From: Alphaproteobacteria bacterium
GTDB taxonomy: Bacteria; Pseudomonadota; Alphaproteobacteria; UBA8317
Direction of reading: 5' to 3'
Assembly: GCA_038131935.1 (NCBI GenBank)
Contig: JAYPQH010000022.1
Location: 32,001-96,000, forward strand
DNA: 64,000 nucleotides
Shown here: positions 1 through 10,624 of the stretch, in pieces
Position numbering within the stretch: the stretch's first letter is position 1
Layout of the letters: the number at the start of each line of letters is the position of its first letter
Made by a program: the position numbers and the translations under genes
Notes under the pieces: model-generated
What the model saw: only the letters and a program-made list of their open reading frames with translations
The model's database searches: none
What the model was told of the DNA's origin: nothing

Positions 1-2
1 AA

Positions 3-767
3 GAAGATAAATTAACGTTTCCTCAGCGTGTTTTCTTCTACACTGGCGGCGCTCCCGCACCTGCTGCTGTGTTGGCTGCCATGAGTGCACTAAATTTTGA
101 TGTCATGCATGCCTATGGCCTGACAGAAGTTTATGGACCAAGTTTGGCATGCTTTGACCAAGACGATTGGAAACAACTAGACTTTGAACAACGTGCTGAA
201 TTCACAAAGCGTCAAGGTGTTCCCCATGTTACAGCTGGAGACAGCCGTGTCATTGACCCTGAAACCATGCAAGAAGTACCATGGGATGGCTCCACCATCG
301 GTGAAATCATGCAACGTTCTAATACCGTCATGCTGGAATATTACAAAAACGAAGCTGCAACCCAGGAAGCTTTCTCTGGCGGCTGGTTTCATTCCGGGGA
401 CTTAGCCGTCATGCATCCTGATGGATATATTGAAGTACGTGATCGTGCAAAAGATATCATCATCTCAGGTGGTGAAAATATTTCCTCCGTTGAAGTGGAA
501 AATGCATTGTACAAGCACCCATCTGTTCATGCAGTTGCGGTGGTGGCAAAACCTGATGACAAATGGGGAGAAGTTCCTTGCGCATTTGTAGAACTCAAAG
601 CTTCTATGGACGCAACAGAACAAGAATTGCTTGAATTTGCAAGGCAGAAATTGGCTGGATTCAAACGCCCTAAACATATCGTTTTTGGTGAGCTTCCCAA
701 AACCTCGACGGGCAAAATTCAAAAATTCCAGTTGCGTCAGATGGCGCGAGATAACACAGCATTTTGA
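3..767 (+). CDS. Acyl-CoA synthetase / AMP-binding enzyme, 5'-truncated by the window edge
   Basis: Frame is open from nt 3 (EDKLTFPQRVFFYTGGAPAPAAVL...). ANL-family motifs YGLTE, GWFHSGDL, DRAKDIIISGGENI and LPKTSTGKIQK are present. Confidence 0.93.
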   Translation, partial: EDKLTFPQRVFFYTGGAPAPAAVLAAMSALNFDVMHAYGLTEVYGPSLACFDQDDWKQLDFEQRAEFTKRQGVPHVTAGDSRVIDPETMQEVPWDGSTIGEIMQRSNTVMLEYYKNEAATQEAFSGGWFHSGDLAVMHPDGYIEVRDRAKDIIISGGENISSVEVENALYKHPSVHAVAVVAKPDDKWGEVPCAFVELKASMDATEQELLEFARQKLAGFKRPKHIVFGELPKTSTGKIQKFQLRQMARDNTAF

Positions 768-792
768 TATGCGTGTATTGACGTTACTACAA

Positions 793-818
793 AAAAACCC
801 AGCCAAGGCTGGGTTTTT
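793..818. terminator. Bidirectional intrinsic terminator
   Basis: AAAAACCCAGCC-AA-GGCTGGGTTTTT between two convergent genes. Confidence 0.9.
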
Positions 819-841
819 GAGATCTTAATGACATTAATAGA

Positions 842-1636
842 TCAAACCAATGCTTCGACCGCACGCTTTGTCATCACTTTAATTAAGTTTGCTCTGTAGG
901 CAGCAGACGCATGAATATCGCTCATAAGCCCGTCCGATGAAACCTCAACATTTGCCACACCCGCTGGTGAAAAATCAGCCATAAGTGCTTCTTCGAGCCC
1001 TGCATGTCTTGTAACGCCATTTTCGTTTGCGCCCGTATAAGCAACCCTTACATGGTCTGCATGTTTGGCAACAAAAACCCCTGTCATTGCGTAGCGTGAT
1101 GCAGGATGAGGAAACTTCATATATTTTGCCTTTTCAGGAATCTTGAAATCAATTCGCGTGATGATTTCCCCCTCTTCTAAGGCTGTCATGAACAACCCAG
1201 CAAAGAATTCATCAGCAGGAATCACACGTTTTGATGTATGGACCTGAGCATCTAATGCCAATACTGCGGATGGGTAGCAGGCTGCAGGATCATTGTTTGC
1301 CACAGAACCTCCCAACGTCCCACGACGACGTACCTGGGCATCACCAATATGTGCTGCCAAATCAGCCAATGCCGGTATCGCATTCAAAACAACATCGGAT
1401 GTTTCTACTTCTACATGGCGCATGGTCGCCCCAATGCAAAGATGTGTTCCCTCTACGCTGATACCACGAAGTTCTTCGATAGATTTAAGATCTATAAGCT
1501 TCTCAGGCGCGGCAAGGCGTTGTTTGAGTGTAGGGATCAACGTCTGCCCGCCAGACAGCGCTTGGCTGCCTTCCTGTGCGAGCATACCCTTGGCATCTTC
1601 AAGATTGGTCGGTTTTCCAAATTCAAATTGATACAT
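842..1636 (-). CDS. coxM: CO dehydrogenase/xanthine dehydrogenase family FAD-binding medium subunit
   Basis: ALSGGQTLIP and RRGTLGGS FAD-binding motifs; last gene of the S-L-M cluster. Confidence 0.9.
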   Translation of the reverse strand: MYQFEFGKPTNLEDAKGMLAQEGSQALSGGQTLIPTLKQRLAAPEKLIDLKSIEELRGISVEGTHLCIGATMRHVEVETSDVVLNAIPALADLAAHIGDAQVRRRGTLGGSVANNDPAACYPSAVLALDAQVHTSKRVIPADEFFAGLFMTALEEGEIITRIDFKIPEKAKYMKFPHPASRYAMTGVFVAKHADHVRVAYTGANENGVTRHAGLEEALMADFSPAGVANVEVSSDGLMSDIHASAAYRANLIKVMTKRAVEALV

Positions 1637-1650
1637 TAGCTAAGCTCCTT

Positions 1651-4032
1651 TTATTCAGCGGCTATTGGGCGTTTATTATTCTGAATGGCATTCCAGATTT
1701 TCTCTGGGGTCAATGGCATATCGAGATGTTCAATACCATAGTCACTTAATGCATTCATGACGGCGTTTACAAAAGCAGGTGGTGATCCAATGGCACCAGC
1801 TTCTCCACATCCTTTGACACCAAGAGGATTATGGGTACAGGCGGTAACGCATGTTTCCACTTCAAAATTGGGCAAATCCGCAGCTCTCGGCATTGCATAA
1901 TCCATATATGACGCCGTCAAAAGTTGCCCTTTATCATCATAAACTGCTTGTTCAAGCATAGCTTGTCCCAACCCCTGGGCTAGGCCACCATGAACTTGAC
2001 CTTCAACAATCATCGGATTCACGATTTCACCAAAATCATCAGCCGCCCAAAATCCTACGATTTCCGTGACACCTGTCTCAGGATCAACTTCAACTTCACA
2101 AAGATATGAGCCTGCGGGGAACGTAAAGTTTTTTGGGTCATAGAATGCTGTTTCTTCTAACCCTGGTTCAACCTCATCTAGCGGGTATTGATGGGGAACG
2201 TAAGCCGCCAATGCAATTTCACCAAATGCCTTTGACTTATCTGTTCCTTGTGCCTTGAACGCACCATCTTCAAAGATGATATCATCCTCATCAACTTCCA
2301 ACAAATGTGCAGCGATTTTTTTGCCCTTGGCTATGACTTTATCGACGGCATTCACAATAGCAGTACCGCCAACAGCCAGTGATCTTGATCCATATGTTCC
2401 CATGCCAAAAGGAACACGGTCGGTATCACCATGGATAATCTCAATATTGTTGTAATCTATGCCCAAACGATCAGCCACCACCTGTGCAAACGTGGTTTCA
2501 TGTCCTTGTCCATGTGAGTGAGATCCTGTGAATACCGAGACTGACCCTGTGGGGTTAACCCGAATGGTTGCTGCTTCATACAAACCAGCCCTCGCACCAA
2601 GTGCTCCAACTAGAGACGAAGGTGCAATCCCACAAGCTTCAATATAGCAAGACAGTCCCAGACCTCTAAGCTTTCCACGAGAAGCCGCCTCTGCACGACG
2701 TGCTTCAAATCCGTCGTAATTGGCCATCTCTAAAACCTTGTCTAAAGTTTGGTCATAGTTGCCTGTATCGTAAACCAGTGCCACTGGTGTTTGATAAGGA
2801 AACTGATCTGGCTTGATAAAGTTCTTACGGCGGATCTCAACTTGATCCATACCCATTTCCAAAGCAGCTTTGTTAATCATGCGCTCCAAAAGGTAGGTTG
2901 CTTCTGGTCTACCAGCTCCACGATAGGCATCAACAGGAGTGGTATTGGTAAATACCGCACGTACGCGGCAATGTATTGCCGCTGTTGTGTATTGACCTGC
3001 CAATAAAGTTGCATGCAACCAAGTTGGAATACATGGAGCAAATGTTGACAAATACGCCCCCATATTTGCGAGCGTATCAAAACGCATCGCCAGGAAGCGC
3101 CCCTCCGCATCCATTGCCACTTCGGCCAACGAGCGATGGTCTCGTCCGTGAGCATCGGTCAAAAACGCTTCGGTCCGGTCAGCTGTCCATTTGACGGGGC
3201 AACCTACCTGAGAAGAAGCCCAAGTCACAAACGCTTCTTCTGCATAGTGATAAATTTTTGAGCCAAACCCACCGCCAACATCAGGAGCAAAAACGCGCAG
3301 TCTATGCTCAGGAATATTGAGGACAAATGCACCCATCAATAGACGAATAACGTGGGGGTTTTGTGATGTTGTATGCAACGTGTAACGCTCTGTGGAATCA
3401 TCATACTCACCAATGGCGCATCGAGGCTCCATGGCATTGGGTACCAAACGATTGTTCACAAGATCTATTTTGGTAATGTGATGGGCCTGAGCAAATGCTT
3501 CATTCGTAGCATCAGCATCACCAAATTCCCAATCATAGCAAATATTGTCAGCAGCTTCGTCATGAATCTGAGCGGCGCCTTGAATAGCGGCATTCATATC
3601 AACCACTGCCTCAAGTTCCTCAATATCTATCGAAATAGCATCGACAGCGGCGCGGGCTTCGCGAACGGACTCCGCCACAACCGCAACAATAGGGTCACCC
3701 ACATGTCGAACCTTGCCATCAGCCAAAATAGGATGAGCGGGTTCTTTCATGGGCTCACCATGCCGATCGGTAATCTGCCAACCACAAGGAATTCCACCTA
3801 ACCCTGCAGCCTTAATATCAGCTGATGTGAAAATCTTAATAACACCATCCATATTTTCCGCAGCCGAGCAATCAATGGCTTTGATATGACCATGGGCTAC
3901 TTGCGATCGAAGAAAAACCACATAGGCTTGTCCAGGTCTATTGATATCGTCTGTGTAGGTGCCTTTTCCACGCAAGAAACGTACATCTTCCCGCCGCTTG
4001 GTGGCTGATCCAATTCCACCTTGAATAGTCAT
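1651..4032 (-). CDS. coxL: Form II CoxL-like molybdopterin-binding large subunit
   Basis: 793 aa with [17 protein letters not shown] (form II motif), GQGHET and KGCGEAG. Confidence 0.92.
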   Translation of the reverse strand: MTIQGGIGSATKRREDVRFLRGKGTYTDDINRPGQAYVVFLRSQVAHGHIKAIDCSAAENMDGVIKIFTSADIKAAGLGGIPCGWQITDRHGEPMKEPAHPILADGKVRHVGDPIVAVVAESVREARAAVDAISIDIEELEAVVDMNAAIQGAAQIHDEAADNICYDWEFGDADATNEAFAQAHHITKIDLVNNRLVPNAMEPRCAIGEYDDSTERYTLHTTSQNPHVIRLLMGAFVLNIPEHRLRVFAPDVGGGFGSKIYHYAEEAFVTWASSQVGCPVKWTADRTEAFLTDAHGRDHRSLAEVAMDAEGRFLAMRFDTLANMGAYLSTFAPCIPTWLHATLLAGQYTTAAIHCRVRAVFTNTTPVDAYRGAGRPEATYLLERMINKAALEMGMDQVEIRRKNFIKPDQFPYQTPVALVYDTGNYDQTLDKVLEMANYDGFEARRAEAASRGKLRGLGLSCYIEACGIAPSSLVGALGARAGLYEAATIRVNPTGSVSVFTGSHSHGQGHETTFAQVVADRLGIDYNNIEIIHGDTDRVPFGMGTYGSRSLAVGGTAIVNAVDKVIAKGKKIAAHLLEVDEDDIIFEDGAFKAQGTDKSKAFGEIALAAYVPHQYPLDEVEPGLEETAFYDPKNFTFPAGSYLCEVEVDPETGVTEIVGFWAADDFGEIVNPMIVEGQVHGGLAQGLGQAMLEQAVYDDKGQLLTASYMDYAMPRAADLPNFEVETCVTACTHNPLGVKGCGEAGAIGSPPAFVNAVMNALSDYGIEHLDMPLTPEKIWNAIQNNKRPIAAE

Positions 4033-4075
4033 GTTTTATCCCCCCTGCTTAATTTTTATAAATTGTGTTTTTTGA

Positions 4076-4552
4076 TTAGCCTCGCATCTCTGCAGCTGCC
4101 GCTTGAACCGCTTTCACGATATTGTGGTAACCCGTACAGCGGCAAATATTGCCCTCAAGCCACTCTCTGATTTCTGCGTCACTGGGATTGGAATTAACAT
4201 TAAGAAGATCCGCCGCACTCATCACCATGCCTGGTGTACAGTACCCACATTGCAAACCATGATGATCCTGAAAGGCCTTTTGAAGGATCCCCAAACTTCC
4301 GTCTTCATTTGCCATGCCCTCAATGGTCACCACATTTTTCCCATCTGCTTCAACAGCAAGCATGGTGCATGATTTCATAGATTCACCTTCCACATGGACA
4401 ACACAAGCACCACATTGAGATGTATCACATCCAACATGCGTGCCGGTTAAGCGCGCATGACTGCGTATGAAATCTACCAGCAAAGTATTCTCAGAAACGT
4501 CGGCTGTTTTGGTTTGACCGTTAAGAGTAATAGTGACGTTGGCCATATTCAT
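4076..4552 (-). CDS. coxS: 2x[2Fe-2S] small subunit
   Basis: [10 protein letters not shown] and QCGYCTPG...CRC motifs. Start may be 4546. Confidence 0.93.
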   Translation of the reverse strand: MNMANVTITLNGQTKTADVSENTLLVDFIRSHARLTGTHVGCDTSQCGACVVHVEGESMKSCTMLAVEADGKNVVTIEGMANEDGSLGILQKAFQDHHGLQCGYCTPGMVMSAADLLNVNSNPSDAEIREWLEGNICRCTGYHNIVKAVQAAAAEMRG

Positions 4553-4839
4553 GATCCCCTTTTATCAGATTGTCCGCGGCTCTCCCCACATGAGGACACC
4601 CTTCCCTATTTCTTTACTTCCAGCGCAACTGTTGAGCAACATCAGAATGTTGCAGACAAACAAGCAACAGAAGTTTTCTTCCTTAAAATGTGGCTTTCCA
4701 CGCCAACATGCAACAAAAATAAGGTCGGGAGTTCTGCGACCAGTTATCACCGACGATAGTCGGCATGACGAAAATATATTGCTTATTCATTTCTCATGGG
4801 TTTTAACGTTCGTGAAAAGAGGAAAAGGGGGTTAATTTT

Positions 4840-5670
4840 ATGTCATACGCTGATTGGTTGGGACGACAGGAATCGTCAGATTGTGTTCTGCAGTTACAAC
4901 AAGCGAATTTCATGGCTGCAAGCCTTGGGCAAGACCGGACGTTCAATCCCGGCGATCCCCTCCCTCATGGCTGGCATTGGTTGTATTTTTTACAAGCTGC
5001 GCCACGCGATCAATTGGGCCGTGATGGACATCCCAAACGCGGTGGATTTTTACCACCCGTCGACTTGCCAAGGCGGATGTGGGCAGGAGGACGCCTACAA
5101 TTCCATTCCGATCTGCCCTTAGGCGCGTTGTGCCGGAAAACGTCCACGATCACGTCAATTAAGGAAAAAGAGTCCCGTCAAGGACCTTTATGTCTTGTAA
5201 CCGTCACCCACGAAATATCTGTTGCCGAGAGTGTTGCTTTGGTAGAGGAACATGACATCGTCTATCTGCGTGATCGAGAGCCTCACGACCCAATTGCCGA
5301 TGGTGAACCACCAGCTACCATGCAATTTTCAGAATCCTTTAGCTCTGATTCCACACTTTTGTTCCGTTATTCAGCCCTAACTTTCAATGGCCACAAAATT
5401 CATTATGACTTGGATTATTGTCGAGACATCGAAGGTTATCCTGGCCTTCTATTTCACGGTCCATTAACAGCCACTTTGTTGCTTGACCTTGCATCGCGCA
5501 AATTGGGCCATCACAATGTTCAAAGCTTTGATTTTAGAGCCATGGCACCCATTTTTCATGATGAAGTCATTCTCTTTGAAGGTCGACGTGATGCCAACGC
5601 TTTAGAGTTACAAGCTGTCAATGCACGTGGTGGTGTTTCCATGCGTGCTCGGGTCAATAACGCTGTATGA
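4840..5670 (+). CDS. MaoC/FAS1-like double hot-dog acyl-CoA (de)hydratase, mesaconyl-C4-CoA hydratase-like
   Basis: DGHPKRGGFLPP...RRMWAGG and LFRYSALTFNGHKIHYD...HGPL motifs. Confidence 0.85.
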   Translation: MSYADWLGRQESSDCVLQLQQANFMAASLGQDRTFNPGDPLPHGWHWLYFLQAAPRDQLGRDGHPKRGGFLPPVDLPRRMWAGGRLQFHSDLPLGALCRKTSTITSIKEKESRQGPLCLVTVTHEISVAESVALVEEHDIVYLRDREPHDPIADGEPPATMQFSESFSSDSTLLFRYSALTFNGHKIHYDLDYCRDIEGYPGLLFHGPLTATLLLDLASRKLGHHNVQSFDFRAMAPIFHDEVILFEGRRDANALELQAVNARGGVSMRARVNNAV

Positions 5671-6071
5671 ACCAGTCCCTAGATCCACAAGACAACGCAA
5701 AAAAAACAGATAGAGCACGTACCTTACTGCTTATTGGCTACATATTGATGGGTTTGGCCTGGCTTACGCTGTTCACCTATCTGATTGCTGGGGTCATGGC
5801 GCATGTTCAGCGTCGAGAACTGGTCTCGCATTCGTTTGAGCGTTCGCATTGGGATCATATTTGGTCGATATTTATTTGGTCTGCCACTTGGCTTCTGGTG
5901 CTCGTTATTTCTATCTTCATTCTTATCGGCCTTGGCTTGGGTCCGTTATCACTCATACCAGCACTTGGTTTCTTGGTTCTCCTCATCTGGTATTACGTGC
6001 AGACCATTCGCGGCTTCCTATGGGCTTTTTATGGAAAACCTTTCGCGGTGGCCGACGAAAACCAGCCATAA
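5667..6071 (+). CDS. DUF4870-like small membrane protein
   Basis: Three hydrophobic segments, SH..W motif, C-terminal RG...GKP; ATGA overlap with the upstream gene. Confidence 0.7.
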   Translation: MNQSLDPQDNAKKTDRARTLLLIGYILMGLAWLTLFTYLIAGVMAHVQRRELVSHSFERSHWDHIWSIFIWSATWLLVLVISIFILIGLGLGPLSLIPALGFLVLLIWYYVQTIRGFLWAFYGKPFAVADENQP

Positions 6072-6753
6072 AGCGTTTGAGTAGAACTTTATCTGTCGCA
6101 AAACAACCTGCGGTGTAATCCCCAACTTTAACATGGAGGAATAGGGCGCTTCCCTGACCTTTTTTCGTATAAAAATCGCGATCCAAAATTCCTACAAGAT
6201 CATAAAGATCATCTGAACGATGCAACACATCATCAGACCATCGGCTTTTTGCATGCACAAAACGGTTATAGGCTGGAACAAATGTCGATGGCTGATCACC
6301 AAAAGCATATGATGGTGAAATAGATTGAGCTTTTACACCATTTGGACAGAAAAATTTCCCTGAACGATAGAGCCACAGAACAACATGAAACCGCCCTGAT
6401 ACACTTGATCTATCACCCTCTCGTTTCACGTGCGTATCAACAAAGCCGTTCTGTCCAATTGCTGCTGGGAACATTGATTGACCATATTTGACAACGCCAT
6501 GCTCAAAACATAGTGCGCGTCCATTGGGTGCACAAATACGTGCATGTGGGCGTGGCGCGGATGGCGCGTGCACTCGGCGCATTGCGCGCGGAGCAGACCG
6601 AAATTGTGGGACCCTCTTAGGTCTCGATGACAGAGGTCCTCGTGGAGGCCAAGAAAAGTCTGCCAACAGTTGCAAATGATCTGGTTGACGGTTTTTTTTT
6701 TGTGCTAACCTCAATCGTCTCTTCACCATTGGTTTCATTTCCTGAATACTCAT
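5983..6753 (-). CDS. L,D-transpeptidase family protein (YkuD-like); start uncertain
   Basis: AIGQNG...KREGD, YNR, DDLYD and GSALFLH...TAGC with catalytic His/Cys. Confidence 0.8.
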   Translation of the reverse strand: MSIQEMKPMVKRRLRLAQKKNRQPDHLQLLADFSWPPRGPLSSRPKRVPQFRSAPRAMRRVHAPSAPRPHARICAPNGRALCFEHGVVKYGQSMFPAAIGQNGFVDTHVKREGDRSSVSGRFHVVLWLYRSGKFFCPNGVKAQSISPSYAFGDQPSTFVPAYNRFVHAKSRWSDDVLHRSDDLYDLVGILDRDFYTKKGQGSALFLHVKVGDYTAGCFATDKVLLKRFMAGFRRPPRKVFHKKPIGSREWSARNTR

Positions 6754-6798
6754 TTAACCAATTTTTTCTCATACCTTATTTAAAATTTAGCATAGAAC

Positions 6799-7845
6799 AT
6801 GACTGAACCAAATTCTTTACACAAAAAATTGTTCGATATTTCCACCTGGTGGATAACTTTACGCACGCTTTTTGTGGGATTTATTGGTGGTATCATGATG
6901 ACTTTGGTGGGTTTTCCTGCTGCGTTCCTCACAGGTCCAGCACTCGTTGTATCCGTTTGTTCTTTTTCAGGAATGAAAGCCTTTATCCCAGTCTGGATTC
7001 GGCAAATATGTTTTTGTGTTATTGGCGTGTCGATAGGTAGTGGCGTCGACGAACAATCTATTGCGCAGATGGGCCAATGGCCTCTAAGCCTTGGTCTTCT
7101 TACCATCGCGGTTTTGAGCCACTTTTTGCTCTCTAGCTACCTTGTTCAAAGGGTTTTTGCCTATGATCGACTGACCTCTATGTTTGCGACAATCCCCGGT
7201 CATATGTCTTTGGTGGTTGGTTTATCGGTAGAGAAAAATGCTGACGCGCAAATGGTTGTAATGGTGCAATCATTACGTATTTTGTTTCTGACTTTGCTGG
7301 TTCCAGCCTTCGTTTTGTTGGTCGGTATTCCTACTTACGGCCCAACAAATATCCAAAATATGGGTTTTGTAGAGACCGTGTTGCTTTGCTGCGTAGGAGG
7401 TATTTCAGGCTGGCTATTTATGAAAATTGGCTCGCCAGCTCCCATGCTGGTAGGCCCCATGGTGGCCTCAACTATCGCCCATTTAACTGGTTTTGCCACA
7501 GGCGTAGTTCCCAACTCATTCGTAGATCCCGCTATTCTTGTTGTTGGATGCTTGGCAGGGAGCCAGTTTAAGAGAATAACCTTCTCCATACTTTGGAGTT
7601 ATTTAAAAATTGCACTCATAGTGCTTTTTGTCGCGACCTTAACCACGGTCATGTTTGCAAGTGTGGCTTCATGGTTCACCGCCATTCCCCTACCATCAAC
7701 CTTGATCGCTTTCGCGCCTGGTGGTTTGGAAGCCATGATTGCCATGGGTAGTGCAGTGAACGCAGATCCTGCCTTTATTGCATCACACCATCTTTTTCGT
7801 TTGTTTTTGTTGACCGCAGTAATCGCTTTTATCGTAAGGAAGTAA
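6799..7845 (+). CDS. AbrB-family membrane protein (duplicated membrane domain, 'putative ammonia monooxygenase' family)
   Basis: About 10 TM segments in two repeats: [23 protein letters not shown] and QSLR/HLFR. Confidence 0.85.
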   Translation: MTEPNSLHKKLFDISTWWITLRTLFVGFIGGIMMTLVGFPAAFLTGPALVVSVCSFSGMKAFIPVWIRQICFCVIGVSIGSGVDEQSIAQMGQWPLSLGLLTIAVLSHFLLSSYLVQRVFAYDRLTSMFATIPGHMSLVVGLSVEKNADAQMVVMVQSLRILFLTLLVPAFVLLVGIPTYGPTNIQNMGFVETVLLCCVGGISGWLFMKIGSPAPMLVGPMVASTIAHLTGFATGVVPNSFVDPAILVVGCLAGSQFKRITFSILWSYLKIALIVLFVATLTTVMFASVASWFTAIPLPSTLIAFAPGGLEAMIAMGSAVNADPAFIASHHLFRLFLLTAVIAFIVRK

Positions 7846-8521
7846 AATGGTCTGCAACTGATTGTCTAAGTGCCAAAATATTACGCTCATAAACTTCCGT
7901 ATTATCTGGGCTTCCATGTTGGAACACCGCCGAACCCGCTACAAGTGCTGTAGCACCTGCTGCAACAACGCGGCCTGCATTTTGAGGCGTGATACCACCA
8001 TCAACCTCAATTTCTATATCCCGGTTACCAATCATTTGCTTGATCGAGGCAATTTTTTGCAACTGCCCTTCTATGAAGGATTGACCCCCAAAGCCGGGGT
8101 TAACCGTCATAACCAAAATCAAATCTACATTATCCAAAACATATTCCAGAGCCTGCTCTGATGTCCCTGGATTCAGCGAGACTCCTGCTTTTTTTCCAAG
8201 CTTACGTATCAATTGTAAGCTACGATCCAAGTGAGGGCCTGCCTCTGCATGAACAGTTATGATATCAGCACCAGCATCTGCGAAGGCCTCAATATATGGA
8301 TCCACGGGTGCGATCATGAGATGGACATCCATCACCGTCTGAACATGTGGACGCAATGCTTTCACCACCCCGGGTCCAATTGTCAAATTGGGAACAAAAT
8401 GACCATCCATGACGTCAATATGTACCCAATCGCACCCTGCCATCTCAATCGCACGGACCTCTTCACCGAGACGGGCAAAATCAGCGGCCAAAATCGATGG
8501 TGATATTTTTACATTGTTCAT
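7829..8521 (-). CDS. rpe: Ribulose-phosphate 3-epimerase
   Basis: [22 protein letters not shown] and [10 protein letters not shown]. Start reset to MNNVK at 8521. Confidence 0.97.
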   Translation of the reverse strand: MNNVKISPSILAADFARLGEEVRAIEMAGCDWVHIDVMDGHFVPNLTIGPGVVKALRPHVQTVMDVHLMIAPVDPYIEAFADAGADIITVHAEAGPHLDRSLQLIRKLGKKAGVSLNPGTSEQALEYVLDNVDLILVMTVNPGFGGQSFIEGQLQKIASIKQMIGNRDIEIEVDGGITPQNAGRVVAAGATALVAGSAVFQHGSPDNTEVYERNILALRQSVADHFTSLR

Positions 8522-8531
8522 CAAAATGACC

Positions 8532-9656
8532 TTATTTTTGCATGACTGGAGGATTCCCTGGAACTGGCAAGCCTCGTAATGCTCTGTTGGTCCGCATATA
8601 TTGAGGAGCATATACGGCATCTGCATCCAAAACCTCTGCGGCATGCCACGCCCACCTTGGATTATACAACAATCCACGACCCAAAGCGATCATGTCTGCT
8701 TGTCCTGTGCGCACAATCGAGTCGGCCTGACGAGGCTCTGTAATTTGTCCCACGGCCATCGTAGGCAGACCTGAAGCTTGTCGGACTTGCGCTGCAAAGC
8801 CTGTTTGGTAACCGGGACCCACTTCAATTTCTTGTGCTGGTGAGTTACCACCACTTGATACGTCCACAAAATCACATCCGCGTTTTGCCAGTTCAACAGC
8901 CAACTGTGTTGATTCTTTTATGTCCCAACTGGAACTATCAACCCAATCAGTTGCTGAAAACCTAACACCCAAAGGCTTATTCCGCGGCCAGACCGCACGC
9001 ACGGCATCAAAAACCTCTAGGGGAAACCTCATTCTGTTCTCAAGACTTCCACCATATGCATCATTTCGGCGATTGCTTATTGGTGAGAGGAATTGGTGGA
9101 ATAAATACCCATGCGCCATATGAATTTCAATGAGATCGAATCCGATACGTAGACATCTTTCTGTTGAAGCGACAAAAGCATCTTTAAGTTTCTGCAAACC
9201 TGCATCATCTAGCGCCTCAGGCCGAGACCAACCATCAGCATAAGGCTCAGCAGAAGGTCCTATGGTTGACCAACCGTTTGGATGATCATGGGCTAGTGGC
9301 TTTCCACCAAGCCAAGGAAGGTCTGTGGACGCTTTGCGTCCAGCATGCGCCAACTGGATACCAACGGGGGCGTTGCCATAATGTTTGGCAAAGTCAACCA
9401 CACGCTTCATGCCTGCCTCGGTCTCGTCATCCCAAAGACCTAGACAGCCAGCCGTAATACGCCCCTCGGGCGTCACGCCAGTGGCCTCTAAAATCAAAAG
9501 TCCCAAGCCTGATACAGCAAATTGTCCAATATGCATCAGATGCCAATCATTCGGCACTCCATTCGCAGCTGAGTATTGGCACATAGGTGCAAGGATAATA
9601 CGATTACGCAACTCAAGATCGGCCAGTTTAATAGGTTCAAAAAGTTTGCTTTTCAT
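8532..9656 (-). CDS. NADH:flavin oxidoreductase, old yellow enzyme of the YqjM/NamA-like subclass
   Basis: [24 protein letters not shown] and YGGSLENR motifs. Confidence 0.92.
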   Translation of the reverse strand: MKSKLFEPIKLADLELRNRIILAPMCQYSAANGVPNDWHLMHIGQFAVSGLGLLILEATGVTPEGRITAGCLGLWDDETEAGMKRVVDFAKHYGNAPVGIQLAHAGRKASTDLPWLGGKPLAHDHPNGWSTIGPSAEPYADGWSRPEALDDAGLQKLKDAFVASTERCLRIGFDLIEIHMAHGYLFHQFLSPISNRRNDAYGGSLENRMRFPLEVFDAVRAVWPRNKPLGVRFSATDWVDSSSWDIKESTQLAVELAKRGCDFVDVSSGGNSPAQEIEVGPGYQTGFAAQVRQASGLPTMAVGQITEPRQADSIVRTGQADMIALGRGLLYNPRWAWHAAEVLDADAVYAPQYMRTNRALRGLPVPGNPPVMQK

Positions 9657-9871
9657 GATTATAGCCTTAAATTTTGTTCAGAACTGTTGAACGGATGGAA
9701 TATGCTCCCGAAGGAATTGTCAATCACAGTGTGGTGCGTTTGAGATATCAATTAAATCTTAAAAAGCCAATGAGGGAGAACTTTGCTCTTGCCCTAGCCT
9801 TCTTCATGAACGTTCCGCTATGAGCATAAGAGAAGATTGGCCTTTGCGATGATAGTGAAAGGGAATGATGC

Positions 9872-10624
9872 ATGTCTAACCTACCCTTAGATCAGGATGA
9901 CCTGACGTCATTCGGGTTCACGGAAATCCCACGTCATCAGAAAGCAAAAAAGGTTCAGGCCTTATTTGATCGCGTGGCAGATGATTATGACCTCATGAAT
10001 GATCTAATGTCCTTGGGCATCCACAGGGCATGGAAAGACCAATTCACTGGCTGGGTCAGACCATTTCGAGGCATGGATATTCTGGACTTGGCAGGTGGAA
10101 CGGGTGACATCATAAAGCGTTTGGCACCTTTCGTACAGGATCAAGGTCGCCTAGTTGTTTGTGATCTCTCAGAAGGGATGGTTCGCGCAGGTAAGAAACG
10201 TCTTGGAAATGACTACCAATGGGTTGTGGGAAATGGGCTCCATCTTCCTTTTCCCGAGCGAAGCTTTGATACTGTTACGATGGCATTTGGATTACGAAAT
10301 GTTTCCGATATTTCATCATGCTTACAAGATATTCACCGCGTACTGCGACCAGGTGGTCGGTTTTGTTGCCTAGAATTTTCAGCAGTTCAATGGCCTGTCT
10401 TTGATAAAATTTATGATGGATACTCATTTCGCTTAATCCCATGGATTGGAGAAAAGGTGGCGAAAGACCGCGATGCTTATCAATATCTGGTTGAATCTAT
10501 TAGGCGGTTTCCTCAACAAGAGCATTTGTGTGAACTCATGAGAGAGGCAGGTTTTGGCCAAGTCGACTTTCGGAATCTTTCTGGAGGTATCGCTGCCATG
10601 CATCGTGGCTTTAGGATTACGTGA
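9872..10624 (+). CDS. ubiE: Ubiquinone/menaquinone C-methyltransferase
   Basis: YDLMNDLMSLGIHRAWK, LDLAGGTGD and YQYLVESIRRFP. Confidence 0.96.
   Translation: MSNLPLDQDDLTSFGFTEIPRHQKAKKVQALFDRVADDYDLMNDLMSLGIHRAWKDQFTGWVRPFRGMDILDLAGGTGDIIKRLAPFVQDQGRLVVCDLSEGMVRAGKKRLGNDYQWVVGNGLHLPFPERSFDTVTMAFGLRNVSDISSCLQDIHRVLRPGGRFCCLEFSAVQWPVFDKIYDGYSFRLIPWIGEKVAKDRDAYQYLVESIRRFPQQEHLCELMREAGFGQVDFRNLSGGIAAMHRGFRIT

Noticed and set aside
1651-4032. Bona fide aerobic CO dehydrogenase
   Set aside because: It lacks the form I AYXCSFR motif, M-S-L order and accessory genes.
4533-4835. Small ORFs in the coxS upstream spacer
   Set aside because: No RBS or family resemblance; the region is better explained as divergent promoters.
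6799-7845. Ammonia monooxygenase or AbrB transition-state regulator
   Set aside because: These are misleading family names; the sequence is a polytopic membrane protein with no AmoA or DNA-binding features.
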